A stretch of DNA of 56,674 bases, the filler included, from Catajapyx aquilonaris (taxonomy: Eukaryota), in the NCBI GenBank assembly GCA_000934665.2. It is 3 parts of 3 records of this genome, joined end to end, with 100 filler letters (N's around TTAATTAATTAA, not from the genome) between each part and the next. Parts side by side here need not be neighbours in the genome. Positions count along the whole stretch, not along the records: positions 18,976 to 37,732 come from JYFJ02006592.1; positions 37,833 to 56,674 come from JYFJ02006593.1; 1 more part is not named here. The stretch is one strand, 5' to 3'. The notes beneath the pieces are model-generated. The model saw only the letters and a program-made list of their open reading frames with translations, ran no database searches and was not told where the DNA came from. A program made the position numbers and the translations under genes. Position 1 is the stretch's first letter. Each line of letters starts with the position of its first letter. This document shows positions 25,613 through 38,875 of this stretch, piece by piece.

Positions 25613-27539
25613 ATTAGTGAATAACCCCTCGAGGCCAACGAACGTTATTGTGGCTTTCCCAATTTGTGATGGTAACCTGGTGCCATTATTTTGACCCAAA
25701 TTCTCTGGGTCCACATGGTCGTTACGGCTCAAAGACAACGACTTCCATGTGAACCCAGCCCAAACCAGTGGAAGAAACCACTAACTGTGGGCTTGTGCTT
25801 CCAGATGGCGACATGCTCGATTCGCCATACAGGGCCCCGAGCTACCCTGCAGACAAGGAACGAGGTGGGCATTGCATGAGACACCCTGTGCTTGTGTACA
25901 TGTCACCTTGTGGACATTTCCGCTCCTGTTCCCTGTGCAGTGTGTGCTTGCGTATGTGTGAGTGGGACAAGTCGGGCGAATCAGAGTGTGCGTACCGATT
26001 TTGCATGCTCTAAAAAGCACGGCTAGAGGTCCTTCAACCAGATAACCCCGCCTCTTGATAGAAGGAAGTGTGAGTAAGAGGCGTGACGGTGCGTGACATC
26101 CTCGTTTCTCTTAAGTTAACGTAAATTAACTGAGCATACCAATATGTGGAGCATGCTATACTGTCATCTAGCTTGGGCACATGTCAATCAAACGTGACGT
26201 GATGGTGCGTGACATACCTGGTCTCTTCAAAGGGCAAACTCAGCGCAAACAATTACCGCTATCTGTTGATTGCCATCAGAAAGAGAGGTGAAGTGTGATT
26301 GACGTGACGGTGCGTGACATCCAGTTTCTCCCACATTTCAAAATCGCTTATCGCACTGAACGTATGTGTTGTTAATTACTTATTTCAGTTATTTGGTTTC
26401 TGCACATCCGTGACAACGCGTGACCCCCGTGACGACCCTTATTCATCTCACTGAGCTTAATCTTACATATAGAACGGCTCTGTCTGTGGACATGTATCAG
26501 ACAGACAGGCAGAGCTGTGCTATAAGACTTTTTTCGAGCCCCCTGGCTGCCCCCTCCTCCGCCACCCCCTGCCCCTGTCCACACATTCCCCTCAGACCAG
26601 ACAGACATACAGAGCCGTGCTATAAGACATTTTTTTTCGAATGTTGGGTTCCGGGTTCACCCTATGCGCCCCTTCCCCATGGCTCCTCCCAGTCCCCCCA
26701 CTGCCCCTTCCCCCAGATCACCCTTCCCCCCCAGTCCCATGACTGACGTTGGGGGAAAATAGCAGTAAACATGAAAAGGTCTACTCTAATCACGCTCACT
26801 TGTTTTGACAATGTTGTATTACAATAAAGTTGTTTCTGGACATCCGTGACGACGCGTTACACCAGCCGTGACGACCCGTTGCATCTCTTACGTTCATCGC
26901 ACCGAGCTTTTGTTATGTTAATCTTGACATATAAAGCAGAAATCACTAATAAAATGGTTTCTGGACACCCGTGACGACCCGTGACATCCCTCCATCTGAC
27001 CCGTCCTTTAAAACTCTACCAGCCATTCTTTAGAATTGGCAACTAGGAAGCTTCCATTCGCTGATAGATGAGATGCTTCCACCACAAAAACCGGGCCCAT
27101 TTCTGCCATACCTCTCTACACTGCTGCCCTCTGGACGGCGTCACCATCTATTAGAGCCTGGGTGTCATTAAATGGATGCCTGGTCCCCCCCGTTCCCCCG
27201 CCGGGAATCCAGTCGAATCCATCAGCCTCCCACTTTTCTAATCTCCATTGACCATACCCCCCTCTACACTGGGACGCACTATCACTTTGTACACACCATT
27301 TGTTTGGTGTGGTCTGGCTCCACCTACCGTCCGCTCGCAAAATTGAGAGAGGTTTTTTTTAGCAAGGTTGCAAATTGTCAGGTGTCAAGTTCACCCTAGA
27401 AACAGGTTGTTCAAAAGATATACTTCTATCGCCATATGTACTACTATCACGCACATAAAGATTGTCGCGAGTTATCCTGGCTTGGATGCAACCCGTTGCA
27501 CAGATGTCTGATGTGTGTTGCTTATCTGATCCTCCATAG

Positions 27540-27790
27540 TAGGGCTGTGCGATATCCGAAATTACACATCGACTTTCGATACTTAAAAAATATCGAACGA
27601 AGTCGATATATCGAAAATTGAAAAATCGACATCGAAAACCGACATCGAAAAGTATCGAAAACCGACATCGAACCGACATCGAAAAATCGCGATATTCGAT
27701 ACATCGAACATGCCAAGCGTCAGATATAGCAACTTCTATATTAGAAAAATATCGTATCGACAGTCGATATCGAAATATCGCACAGCCCTA
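27540..27790. mobile_element. hAT-type MITE nested in another inverted-repeat element (~27450-27880)
   Basis: TAGGGCTGTGCGATAT/ATATCGCACAGCCCTA TIRs; TSD CTCCATAG/CTCCTTAG; outer arms AAAGATTGTCGCGAGTTATCCTGGCTTG inverted. Confidence 0.85.
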
Positions 27791-28548
27791 CTCCTTAGCT
27801 GTCTTTTTGGACACACACAATGCACACATGTGCAATGGGTTGCATGCAAGCCAGGATAACTCGCGACAATCTTTGTTTTGGCCATTGACACAAAAGAAAT
27901 CCTGTTGGATATCTTCTGGACATCTGTTGGATATCCTCTGGGTATCCGGGACGCCAATCACGGATATATCGATATGTAACCTAGGCTTTGATATTTCCAC
28001 CTAGATGGCAGTACTGACAGGTAGTGGCAGTTGAGAACGGCTTGTCCCTGCAACCGGTTTTATAAATTCTAGTCGCGTTCGGATAGAATCAGGTTCTGGA
28101 GAAGGGTCTTGCATTCCGGATGAAGCTAGCTTGGAACCACGGAGCCCCCGATAGTCTCCGATGGTCTCATAGGACCAGAGATGACCACTCCAATCTCATA
28201 TTGTGCAGAGAGGGAGGACTGGGAAATAACTGAAAGAGAAAAGGAGGTCAGTAGTGACCTATTGGCATCTGGAATCAGATCAAACACGGTTTAAAGCTGG
28301 GTTTCTGGGAAGGGTGAGAGAGTAGAGTGATTTAAATTCGCGTTGAATCATCACAAATAGCACTTAATTTTGTTAAATAATTTTGAATCATTTGACGTCA
28401 CTATCGAATCAGGTTGATTCACCTCAAATCACATCCGATGGTGTTAAATCACCTCAAATCAAATTCGTGTTAAATCATCCCACGTGTTAAAATCGCTGCA
28501 AATCATGTTAATTCGCGGTTGAATCATTTTAAATCATTTTGTTCCTAG

Positions 28549-28845
28549 GTGACTACGAGGCCAGGATAATAGAGCATGAGAAGCAGGAGGCCAAACTGGG
28601 GTCACCGGTCAGCTTCACCTGTATCGCCAGGCACAAGTCCATTTCGGACACCCTGTCCTGGTATCACGGATCAAGTAAGATCACTGTGGGATCCAGGAAG
28701 GGGATCAGCCTGGAGAAGCACAGTACGGCCAATCACACCACGACCAAGCTGGTCATCTGGGCCGTAGAACTGGCCGACGCTGGGAGCTACACGTGCCTGC
28801 CGCAGTACGGCGCTTCTGCCTCGGTCACACTTGTGGTCAGGGAAG
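28549..28845 (+). CDS. Dpr-family protein, Ig2 exon
   Basis: GSPVSFTC...WYH...L.I......DAGSYTC.P.....ASV.L.V; phase 1 at both ends. Confidence 0.9.
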
Positions 28846-29227
28846 GTGAGCAGAATCAGATGCTTGAGCGCGGCTCACAACGGTCTTAAGCATGACTCAC
28901 GGTTGCCAATTTGGTGTCGTTTTGGGTTTAACTTATTAGTGATATTTATTACAGCTGTAAGATTGTGCTACTATCCACTATCTAGGCCTACTACTATTAA
29001 TATCTATTAAATCTATTAAATTTTAATTAATCGTCGTATCAATGTAAACAACGTTGATTGAGGTGGTTCACTTGGCATGTATGTCCGTTGTGCTCTCAGC
29101 AACCATTTTGTATCCAGACTTGTTTTTGGAAGAACTTACTGTAATTTTTTCACTGACGTAAGATTATCTTTCAGATTATATACTATCTATGAGTTACATT
29201 ATCTATTTTGTTCTCTATTCCCCACAG

Positions 29228-29358
29228 GAGAGCAGACTCAAGCCATGCAAGGAGGAGAGAAACCCCTTCCCTCAAAGGACGGATCCTCGACAACTCAATC
29301 CCATTTTGGGGAATTGTGGCCACTTTTCTGCCTGGTGGCCACATTAGCCTTCACATGA
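29228..29358 (+). CDS. Dpr-family protein, last exon with GPI-type hydrophobic tail
   Basis: GEQTQAMQ (Dpr GE.PAAMQ-like), small-residue region, hydrophobic end LWPLFCLVATLAFT*. Confidence 0.8.
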
Positions 29359-31269
29359 CAGGAGATGGGAAGACGTAAATTGTCATCAAAGAGGGTCGTG
29401 CCCGCTGATGGGAAAAGACACAAGAGGAGTCCCCCCTGGAGGAGACTCATATTTTTTTGAAGCGCATTTTTTTGATTCCGACCTCTTTATATAAAACTGT
29501 GACCTCCCACAAGTGTTGGATTGGATCAAGAGTTTGGTTCATCCTGGACACAATTTGGTGGGATTGGTCTGGCTGAATTTTTGCAGTGTGAAGTGGACAC
29601 AGTTGGATTCAAAATGGCGGATAGGACTAGATCACAATCGAGGTGTATTATTCTGCTAACCTCAATGTACAAATACTTGCACGTCTATATTTATATTAAA
29701 AATTGCGACTCTATCTAGACTCTTATACCATGCAGTTAATAATTGTGGGTTAAGATAACAACTTAGTAGGGTCAACAATTTAGTAACAGTGGGCAAATCT
29801 GGATACAAAATGTCGATTGGATTGAGCAAATTAAATATTCATGCTAATTTTAGTGGTCATTAAAATATATTTATATTGACTGAATAATTTAGATATCAAT
29901 TTTGAATTATTTTAAACTGAAAATTTCCCAAATAAATATAAAGTTTTGTTGTGTGAAAAATTAAATGCAAACTCTAGAAAACTCGAGATTCAAAATGGCG
30001 ACCTGATTGAGCAAATTAAATATTCATATCAATTTTAAGCGTAATGAAAATTTGTATTGAAATTATAATTAGTAAAATAAATTTAAATTAATTTTAAATA
30101 AAAATTTTACAGAGTAAATTTTAAATTTCAATGTGTCAAAAATTAAATTCAACCTATAGCAATTTTATTTTAATATAAGCTGTAAAATTACAGAAATTAA
30201 ATGTAATTTAAATTGTCAAAAAATTAAATAAGCTTTGAAATTTGTAAAAATCTTAAAGCCAAAGCTTAATTGGAATTTTTAGTTTCAAATTAATTTATGA
30301 AATTGTAAAATTTCATGTATAGACTTCATAATTTAAAAAATTAAATTGCACCATTAAAATTCAAGTATTTCCAATATTTCGATTAATTTATTAATCAAAT
30401 ATGCTTAATCGTAGTAGGCATTGTTCACCTTATAGGTTTATCTGGTACACGAACTGTTTTAATGCCCAGTGTAATTACCTGAGTGCAAACAACTTTGGAT
30501 TCAAAATGGCGGCTTGGAAGTTTTCGAGCCAAGAAAACCTGTTTGAAAAATGGAGTGCACTGTAAGCTGTTCTGCATTAGTGCTTCGTTGGGTAGATATC
30601 ACCTGGAATTACCCAAGACATGCTAAGCCATTAATCCCCCCCAGGGTGGGGTGGGAATAACCCGGAGTTTCTAGGCTCCGGAAAGTTTCCAGGAAAATAT
30701 ATATGCCAATATGTATCAGCAAGAAAACCTTATATACCTTCCAGCCAAAAACTAGTTTTCGCCGAATTGTTTAGTCAGTACCATGTCACTTTAACCGTAA
30801 AATCCGGGGGACTGTTCCGGATTAAAAGTCCTGACAGGCCTTATGACTCGGAGGTATATCTACGATGAAATGGGGAGGTTTTTCTGCACCGATGGATCAT
30901 TAATATAAAAGGCACTTCATAGAAACACAACCCCTTGAAGCTTAATTGAAAAGTAACTACGGGGATTTCCGGGCTTAAAACAGCCACCCGGATTCTTTTG
31001 ACAAAACTAATGCAGGAGGACTTTGCCTGTATTTCCACTTTTCTGAGCCTAAGGCGATGACGTACAAAAGCTGCTCCGGATTTTAAGTTAGAATGACATT
31101 GGATCATTTTTAAACTACTGACTTCAAAATGTGTTGACGTCATTTCCTGTTTAATAATTAAGCCGTGAAGTCACGTGGATTTTTCCACCATTTTCAGGAG
31201 ATATGATGTCACAAATGACGTCAGCCAATCATTTTGGTCATAGACGCTTCCATAATCTGTTGAATTAAT

Positions 31270-31705
31270 GATAAACGGTGATGTAAGACCCGTTCAGTAA
31301 TTAGAAAACCGTTTAGTAATTGTGAATGATGACGTGCTACCCGTTTAGTAATTAGGAACGATGACGTGACTACCCGTTTAGTAATTAGGAATGATGACGT
31401 GACTACCAATTAATAATTTGGAATGATGAGGTGAAACCAGTTTAGTAATTGGCAACGATGACGTAACTACCCGTTTAATTTATTAGGACACATGACGTGA
31501 ATCCCGTTCAGTAATTAGCAACTATGACGTGAAACCCATTCAGTAATTAGCAACAATGACGTGAAATCCATTCAGTAATTAGCAACAATGACGTAAAACC
31601 CGTTTAGTAAATGGAAACTATAAGGAACTACCGTTTAGCAATTATGAGCGATGACGTATTCACCCGTTTGATAATTATGAGCGATGACATAACTACCTGT
31701 TTAAT
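31270..31705. repeat. ~31-33-bp tandem repeat
   Basis: CCCGTTTAGTAATTAGGAACGATGACGTGACTA-like units. Confidence 0.85.
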
Positions 31706-32869
31706 ATTACCTCCATTTTCCGGATATGACGTCACATCTCTCCAGCCAATCATGTAGCCCAAATGAGGTCACACAATATGAAAAATACAAAAAATAACTG
31801 ACCTGTTTAATATTTAGCGTTTATTTAAGTTACACTCCCTAATTTCTTTTGCTACTTAAGTGTTGTATATTATTTTCGTACGATACTGTCCTCATGCTTA
31901 CAATGTAAGTACTAGATTATGTACATATGTTAGCCTAATGGTGTATGTAAATTTTTTTCCGGTGCATTGTTGTAGCATTCCGTACTGAGAGTTAATATGA
32001 ACTGTGTAAACATATATAGTGCTACAAAAATATGTCGTGCCAATTTTTGAATATGTGTCAAGTACATGCAATTACCAGGTAATTTCAATTATTATTTCTG
32101 AATGTATTTGATTTTGAAAAACATATTATTACACTCTTAAAATATGTAGAGTGTTTTGTGGCAGTTTGAGTCATTTTCTATCAAAATTCACTCACCGTCA
32201 GTTAATTAGTGGTGCTCATCACTAATTTTTACTTACAAATATATTAATTTTTTAAAACATCTGAAGATTTTTGATTGCTCGAGTGATTTTTATCGATATT
32301 TGAGTCCAATTCACTTGAAATCATTCGAAATGTGGCCACTAGATGGCACCCAAATAATTATAATTACTTCGTACTTACCTGGTAATTGCTTCAATTATTT
32401 TTGTCAGTTTTTTTTTGCTCCAGCCTCATGTATATTCATGTCCAATCACATATCCCTGTTTATATTAATGTCTTATTGGCGCGCACAACAATAAATCGAG
32501 TCTTTGAAACCAGCTGGCGACATCTGTCCTTACTAGGCCCAATACATCAATTACAAACATGGCGTGATTAATCAGCAGGCAGACTCGTGACGTTGAGGGC
32601 AAATGTGGCTTTTGGGTTTGGTGGCGTTGTCAACCGCACGTGGTTAGCATTATAAAATCACATGGAATCCAATCTGCTACAAATCAAAGCAAGAGCCACA
32701 GCCCGGGACTGATTCATTGCGCATTACGTGTTGACATACACCTAAGTACTGTTCCAGGTGTCAATTGGTGTCCACATGTGCAGCTCATTGTTTTTTAAAC
32801 AAAATTAGTTCTGGTTGGATGACGTCATTGCAGGGTGTGGAATATGACGTCAGCAGTCCAAGATGGCGG

Positions 32870-33903
32870 ATACGACGATATATCGAGCAAGATATCGATT
32901 AATGATGTATCGAACAGTTGATCGATTTATCGATGGGGGGAACAGGATATCAATTTATCCCTCCATGGAATAGGTCGCGTTATCGATATATCTAGCAAAA
33001 ATTGCGAACATGATATCGATTTATCGATATTTTATATTGGAACAGCAGATCAAATTTTTGACGTATCACAATATCGAGTTATTGATGTATTTATCAGGAG
33101 ATGGGTTTATCGACGCATCGAACATGCTATCTATTTATCGATATATGGACCTGCAGATCGAATTATCGATGCATCACGAGATCTACTAGTTATGTATCTA
33201 GCAGGAGATCGATTTATCGACACCTTGACCATGACATCGATTTCTCGTTATATGAAACAGCAGATTGAATTTTTGATACATCACAAGATCGGGTTATCAA
33301 TATATCACACAGGAGATCGATGTATCGCCCGCACTATATGTCGAGTATGAACTAAATCGATTCTTGCTTTAATATATTTAACGATATAGTTATCCATTTT
33401 CTAGGAGGAGATCGAGTTATCGATGTATGGAACAGCATAGCTTTCGATATATCAGCAAGATATAGATTCATAGATTTATCAACAAGATATAGATTTATAG
33501 ATTTATCAACAAGATATAGATTTATAGATTTATCAAACAAGATGTCGATTTATAGGTTTGTGAAACAGGATATTGAGTTGTCGATATACCAAACAAGAGA
33601 ATTTATCGATTTATCTCAAGAGATCGATTTATCGATTTATCTCAAGAGACAGATTTATCGATTAATCACACAAGAGATAGATTTATCGATTAATCACACA
33701 ACGATTTATCGATATATGAAACAATAGATCGATATATTCAGATTTATCAAACAGAAGATCGATTTATCGCCGCATAGAACATGAGATTGACATATCGATA
33801 TATTCCACTCTCGACGAGCCGCATGTGGAAGATATCGATCATCCCATCGATATTTAACCCACGTCGATTTTCGACATGGGATTTCTGATATCGCACATCT
33901 CTG
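32870..33903. repeat. ATCGAT-rich degenerate minisatellite, possibly an expanded hAT MITE
   Basis: Repeated GATTTATCGAT; ends GATATCGCACATCTCTG, like the TIR at 27790. Confidence 0.7.
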
Positions 33904-34903
33904 CTACTGTAATCATTCCAAGATGTCTCCTTGTAACATACTGTTCCTAATATCCGTCCAGATCCCACCTTAATCGCATCAGATCAACCAGATGATCAAC
34001 CCTGATCCTGCAGATCAGCCAACCTTTCTTCTTGAGAGCCCCTTTCTTGACAATACCAGTACCGGCGGTGCACACACCCGGCACTAAAAGTCCAGATGAC
34101 CTCATAACCTTTGGAGAGTAGGAGGGGGTGGTCCGGGTTAGTGTCTGCCTAAGGCGTGCGGAGTAATTACACCCGGCATGGTCCTGCTTATCTTTATCAT
34201 CATAGCCTCCACCTGGGCCTATATAAAAGCAGACTGGGGTTGGCTGGAATAGATTGCACTTGCGTCACAATCTCCTGCTCCTCCTCCCCCTAAAAAAGTG
34301 GAGGTAATGCGAAATGGACCAGCTTCCCCCCCTACCATTCATCCCTGGCAGGCCTCTGGGCCAAACAATAATTATCTTTTAGTATCCGGGAGCGCAATTC
34401 GGGACAACTATATTATAGAGGGCGCCATATTGCGTAGCGGCAGCTGCTTGACTCTTCCGGAGAGAGAAATCCGGGGATGGTCCAGGAGGAGGATGAGGGG
34501 GTTTTGCAGGTGGAAAACTTGCCCTCTGGTTGGGGTGTCTCCAGGGAGACGTAAAAGGCAAAGGAGTGTCATTAGCCAAGAGCAGGAGGGGGTCAAGTGG
34601 GGGGTGGGAGGTATGATGTGGACTAAATGAAACATGGCTGTCGTCGCGGTGGGTGTGATGCCAACTGTTGGGAATCGTAACTCACTTTTGGTTTATGAAA
34701 GGATGCACAAAGTGGGACTTGGTTAGTTAGCTAATATTAGTTGGTCAATATTAGTTGGTAATATTGAAAATTAGTTATTCATAATATTATTCGTGAATAT
34801 TAGTTGGTAATATTGAAAATTAGTTATTCGTAATATTATTCGTGAATATTAGTTATTGATATACTAGCTATATTAGAAATTGATATAAAACTGTAGCTAG
34901 TAG

Positions 34904-35131
34904 CGAAGCAGGTTGGCACAGTGGATAAGGCGTCCGACTGCTAATCGGGAGGTCCTGGGTTCGAATCCCGGGGCCGGCAACCTTGACCGTAGTTTTCTGG
35001 GGTTTTCCACGGTCTTTCTAGGATAATTCCGGGGTCGCTTCCGTATAATAGGCCACAGCCGCTTCCTTCCTTCCCTATCCTTGGAGGTTGAATGGCAAAT
35101 GCTGGGCCAACCTCCTTAAATATCAATTAAA
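34904..35131 (+). mobile_element. tRNA-derived SINE, family B
   Basis: A box, CCGA-CTGCTAA-TCGG arm, GGTTCGAATCCC B box, family B body; flanked by GTAGCTAGTAG. Confidence 0.85.
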
Positions 35132-35240
35132 GTAGCTAGTAGAGAATGTAACTAATATAAAACAGTAGCTAGTAGAGAATGTTACTAATATAAAACAGTA
35201 GCTAGTAGAGAATGTTACTAATATAAAACAGTAGCTAGAT
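35132..35240. repeat. 33-bp tandem repeat
   Basis: GTAGCTAGTAGAGAATGTTACTAATATAAAACA x3. Confidence 0.85.
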
Positions 35241-37545
35241 TATTAGCTAGTACTGTATGTAGTGATTTATAATTAGTTAGTATTTAAATGTTAAACATTA
35301 GTTAGTATAATATCAGTTATTAATATTAAATCACATAGTAGCAGCTATTTTTACCTAAAAACACGCTCATTTTTCCTCGCCATTTTTTTTCGGAGACACA
35401 AAATGATTTAGACGGTAATATCGTAATCGATTCCGTTAAACGCAGGGTCTAATCTGTAATTGCATAACGTGAGGATTGGGCGTCAGGCCGCAGAACGCGA
35501 TTATAGGCAAGTCTTGTTTGAATTATTGCCTACTAGCAAATGCGATTTTTGTATGAGCGATTTTTTTTGTTTTTGCGAAAAGCTATTTGTTCGGATTACA
35601 GGTCACAATCGCCTTTTTTTTTGCATATTGGACGTGGTGGGGGGGGGGGGGNGACGACGGTCATATACGTGTTTGTGTGGAGGAAAATCGCGGGTCGAAA
35701 ATGGGAATCACGTATTGAAGAGATGTGATGTGTTGGATACTAATGTGGATTATTGGGAATCGGCGTAACTCGGGCACAAATTGGAACCAGTTTTTTTTAC
35801 GATTCTGGTGGGTTTTGACCCCCAAATTTAAGCCAAGTCCGCTCATCATTACACCCGTCGAATAAACACTTAATGTCCCGTTTACGAAAAATAACTGTCC
35901 AAAATAAGGTCCAAGTCCTGACAATCCAACCGGTTTGGATAAAAATTAAGCCCGGTTCCAAGAAGAAAGGATCATTAAACGACCCGAAAGAAAAGAGGGG
36001 GGATTCCTTTTCCTTTGTGCCCCTCCCCTTAGATCTATCGATGAATAGAACTCCACAAAAAGGTAATAGCAAAGTTGGAGGGGGGTCAAAGGGTGTCCTT
36101 TATTACAGATAAACCCCCTTTTCAAGATCAATTTTGGGACACTGTCCAACTAAATCGGGTGTCCCCAAATGGGACAAAAAAATTGGGCCATCTATGTGAG
36201 GGATGGTACTACGTTCACTTAACTTCCAATATTTTCAACCCGGTGGGGGGTTCTAATTGTTGAAATTGGTAAAAAATGGAGTCCGTTTTGGGTCATTAGT
36301 GGCACATTTTCACACAGCTATTAATTATCAGTTAGGACCATTTGGGTTCAAATAGAGCTTAAAATAGCGCAGCGTTACTTTCTCCCTGTGGCATTTTCAC
36401 TGGCAATTTGTACGTTTTTTCTCCCGTTCCAAAAACCGGTATTTAGGCAATTTGGTGCAGCGTAGTGGCAACCGCTAACAATGTTGCTGCGTACTGGTGG
36501 CGCCCTCTTTCGATTTTTTTCCCGAAAAAAAATTGTTGTGTACCATGACCAAAATCGGGTCAACAATATATTGTTTTCGACCTGCTCAATCAGCAAACGT
36601 GGTCGTTAAACTCGGTTGTATAATTTACTACCGATGTTAAGGCGTCAGGTGGCAGCACTAGGTTTGTTGTGAAATTTGACACCATTTTAGACTAGGTCCA
36701 TGTCATATGAGGACATTTAGGTCAAATTAAATTTCATGCCGTTCTAGACCATATCTAGTCACTAAATATGATTTTCTGGACCTTGAAACGGAGTTTGTGA
36801 TGTTTGACCTCTGAGGTCATCTCAGGTCACATGACAAATTGGGATAAAATAATTGTAAAAATGATCATACACCTCAGGTAGTGCAGCCATGAAATTTTAT
36901 ACAGGTCAACAGTTATGACCACAAAATAATATTAATAAGATCAAAATATTCGTCCAGGGTCACCACAGGTCACAGTACGAAAGACCAAAATAAGTTAAAT
37001 TGACCGTACCTCCTGCTGGTGTCTAAATATCAATTTCTATGTAGTTAATATTGTTTACTGACTCTAATATTGGGGCATGTACGATTTAACCTCAGGTCAT
37101 GCCAGGTCACGACACAAAACAATTCTAAAATGGGTTAAATTACCACATGTAGGTATCGAGATATCAATAATTTCCACACAGTTAACATTGTTCGCTGACC
37201 CTAAAATGGGATGTACATTACGTTTGACCTCAGGTCACTCCAGGTCAATTACAGAACGAGGTCAAAATGATGAAAATTAACTGTCAAACATCAACGGCAT
37301 TATTAATAGGTAATAAAATGGAAATATGGTCATATTTGACCAGAAAGGTCATCTTAGGTCAGTTCACGAAACTTGTCCAAAATCTGTACAATTGACCATA
37401 CCACCTGTATGAGTCGCGACATCAATTTTTACGCATTTAAAATTGTTTACTGGCCCTGTAATGGGGCATGTTCGATTTGACCTCAGGTCATTCTAGGTAA
37501 GTCAAAAAACAAGGTTAAAATTGGTGAAAACATACTGCATACCAC

Positions 37546-37662
37546 AACGACGACGACGACGACGACGACGACGATGATAAATATTAAAATGGAAGCAACA
37601 GATGGCGTTGGGGAGGTGGGATAAAATGGCGTCGTTTATACAACAACAACAACAACAACAAC
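37546..37662. repeat. (GAC)n and (CAA)n microsatellites
   Basis: Directly visible. Confidence 0.9.
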
Positions 37663-37732
37663 ATCACGACATTTCCCTATGAGGGGTAGTCAGCGATGAA
37701 GGGAGATGCAAGCTAACCCAACATATGAACTA

Positions 37733-37832
37733 NNNNNNNNNNNNNNNNNNNNNNNNNNNNNNNNNNNNNNNNNNNNTTAATTAATTAANNNNNNNNNNNN
37801 NNNNNNNNNNNNNNNNNNNNNNNNNNNNNNNN
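37733..37832. other. Artificial scaffold linker
   Basis: Identical 100-nt structure to 18876-18975. Confidence 0.97.
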
Positions 37833-38136
37833 AGTTCAACATTATGCCCAATATTTTCTTTCATTAAAGGTCTGCTGAGAAAGGCCAAGTGATAATATGC
37901 AGTTATTTCCTTATTGATAAAATTGATGTATCAGCCCGTGATGAGAACGAAGACCAAGCTATTCATTGGGTTCTTGGGAAGGACACGTGAAGGTGGTAAC
38001 CATCCTTGCAAGAAACGGTTATGGTTAACAAGGGCGGGTACGACTCAGCCTGAAGTATGTCTAGTCCATGTTGTTAAAAAAATAAGTCCATATTCCTTCC
38101 ATAATCTCCTTATGTATTTCTGCCATTAATTTTTGA

Positions 38137-38178
38137 ACTCTATACATGTTTCGGCCTATTTGGCCTCGTCAGGAGAGT
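38137..38178 (-). ncRNA. Minimal type I hammerhead ribozyme (Penelope-type)
   Basis: ACTCTC CTGACGA GGCC-aaata-GGCC GAAA CATGTA TAGAGT: full CUGANGA/GAAA core, 4-bp stem II, palindromic stem III, GUA cleavage triplet, 5-bp stem I. Confidence 0.75.
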
Positions 38179-38559
38179 ACAGTATTTTCTACAAAGAATA
38201 AAATTAACCCTATAACACCCATAACAGACTACAACACATTCTTGTGTTGCTGCTGGTCTGTTGTATTGTTGTGATGGTGTTGTTTCTTTTGCATCCTGCA
38301 TAACATCAGTAACTGCATGTTGAATATTTGCAGCCACTAATCTCCTCCTTGCATATTTTGCATTTAGCACCTGTCTGTGAACTTTATACAGGGGCAACAC
38401 CTCTTCACAGGTAAGACAGTGCCTGTATAGTTCAACATTATGCCCAATATTTTCTTTCATTAAAGGTCTGCTGAGAAAGGCCAAGTGATTATATGCAGTT
38501 ATTTCCTTATTGATAAAATTGATGTATCAGCCCGTGATGAGAACGAAGACCAAGCTATT

Positions 38560-38875
38560 CATTGGGTTCTTGGGAAGGACACGTGAAGGTGGTAACCATC
38601 CTTGCAAGAAACGGAGCCGCCATTGACGATGAAGGATTCAATGACATGACGAATCTACACTGCGCCGTCAAATTCGTCCATGTGAAAGTTTGCTTGACAT
38701 TGGTGCAGATGTGAGGGCCGGATGTTACGAGGGGTTCCAGGCCATACATTTGGCAGCCAAGGTTGGGGACTTGGAGGTGGTTAAACTGCTGCTGGAGAGG
38801 GATGCATTCCTGGAGGCCATAATATATGAATCTCGAGGCTGCTTAGCATGCCCACGGGAGTGTGGTGAAGCGTGA
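38560..38875 (+). pseudogene. Degenerate ankyrin-repeat fragment
   Basis: GHVKVVTILARNGAAID, LHCAVKFVHVKV and AIHLAAKVGDLEVVKLLLERDA across frameshifts. Confidence 0.8.

Noticed and set aside
25258..25694. Pro/Thr-rich ORFs in three frames
   Set aside because: By-products of the 11-bp tandem repeat.
31270..31705. Possible CRISPR-like array
   Set aside because: Head-to-tail tandem units with no unique spacers, no cas genes, eukaryotic context.
34219..34630. TATA box plus 110-aa ORF
   Set aside because: No recognisable domain or exon structure.
34904..34980. tRNA-Ser(GCT) gene
   Set aside because: No acceptor stem, and it continues into a SINE body seen three times.
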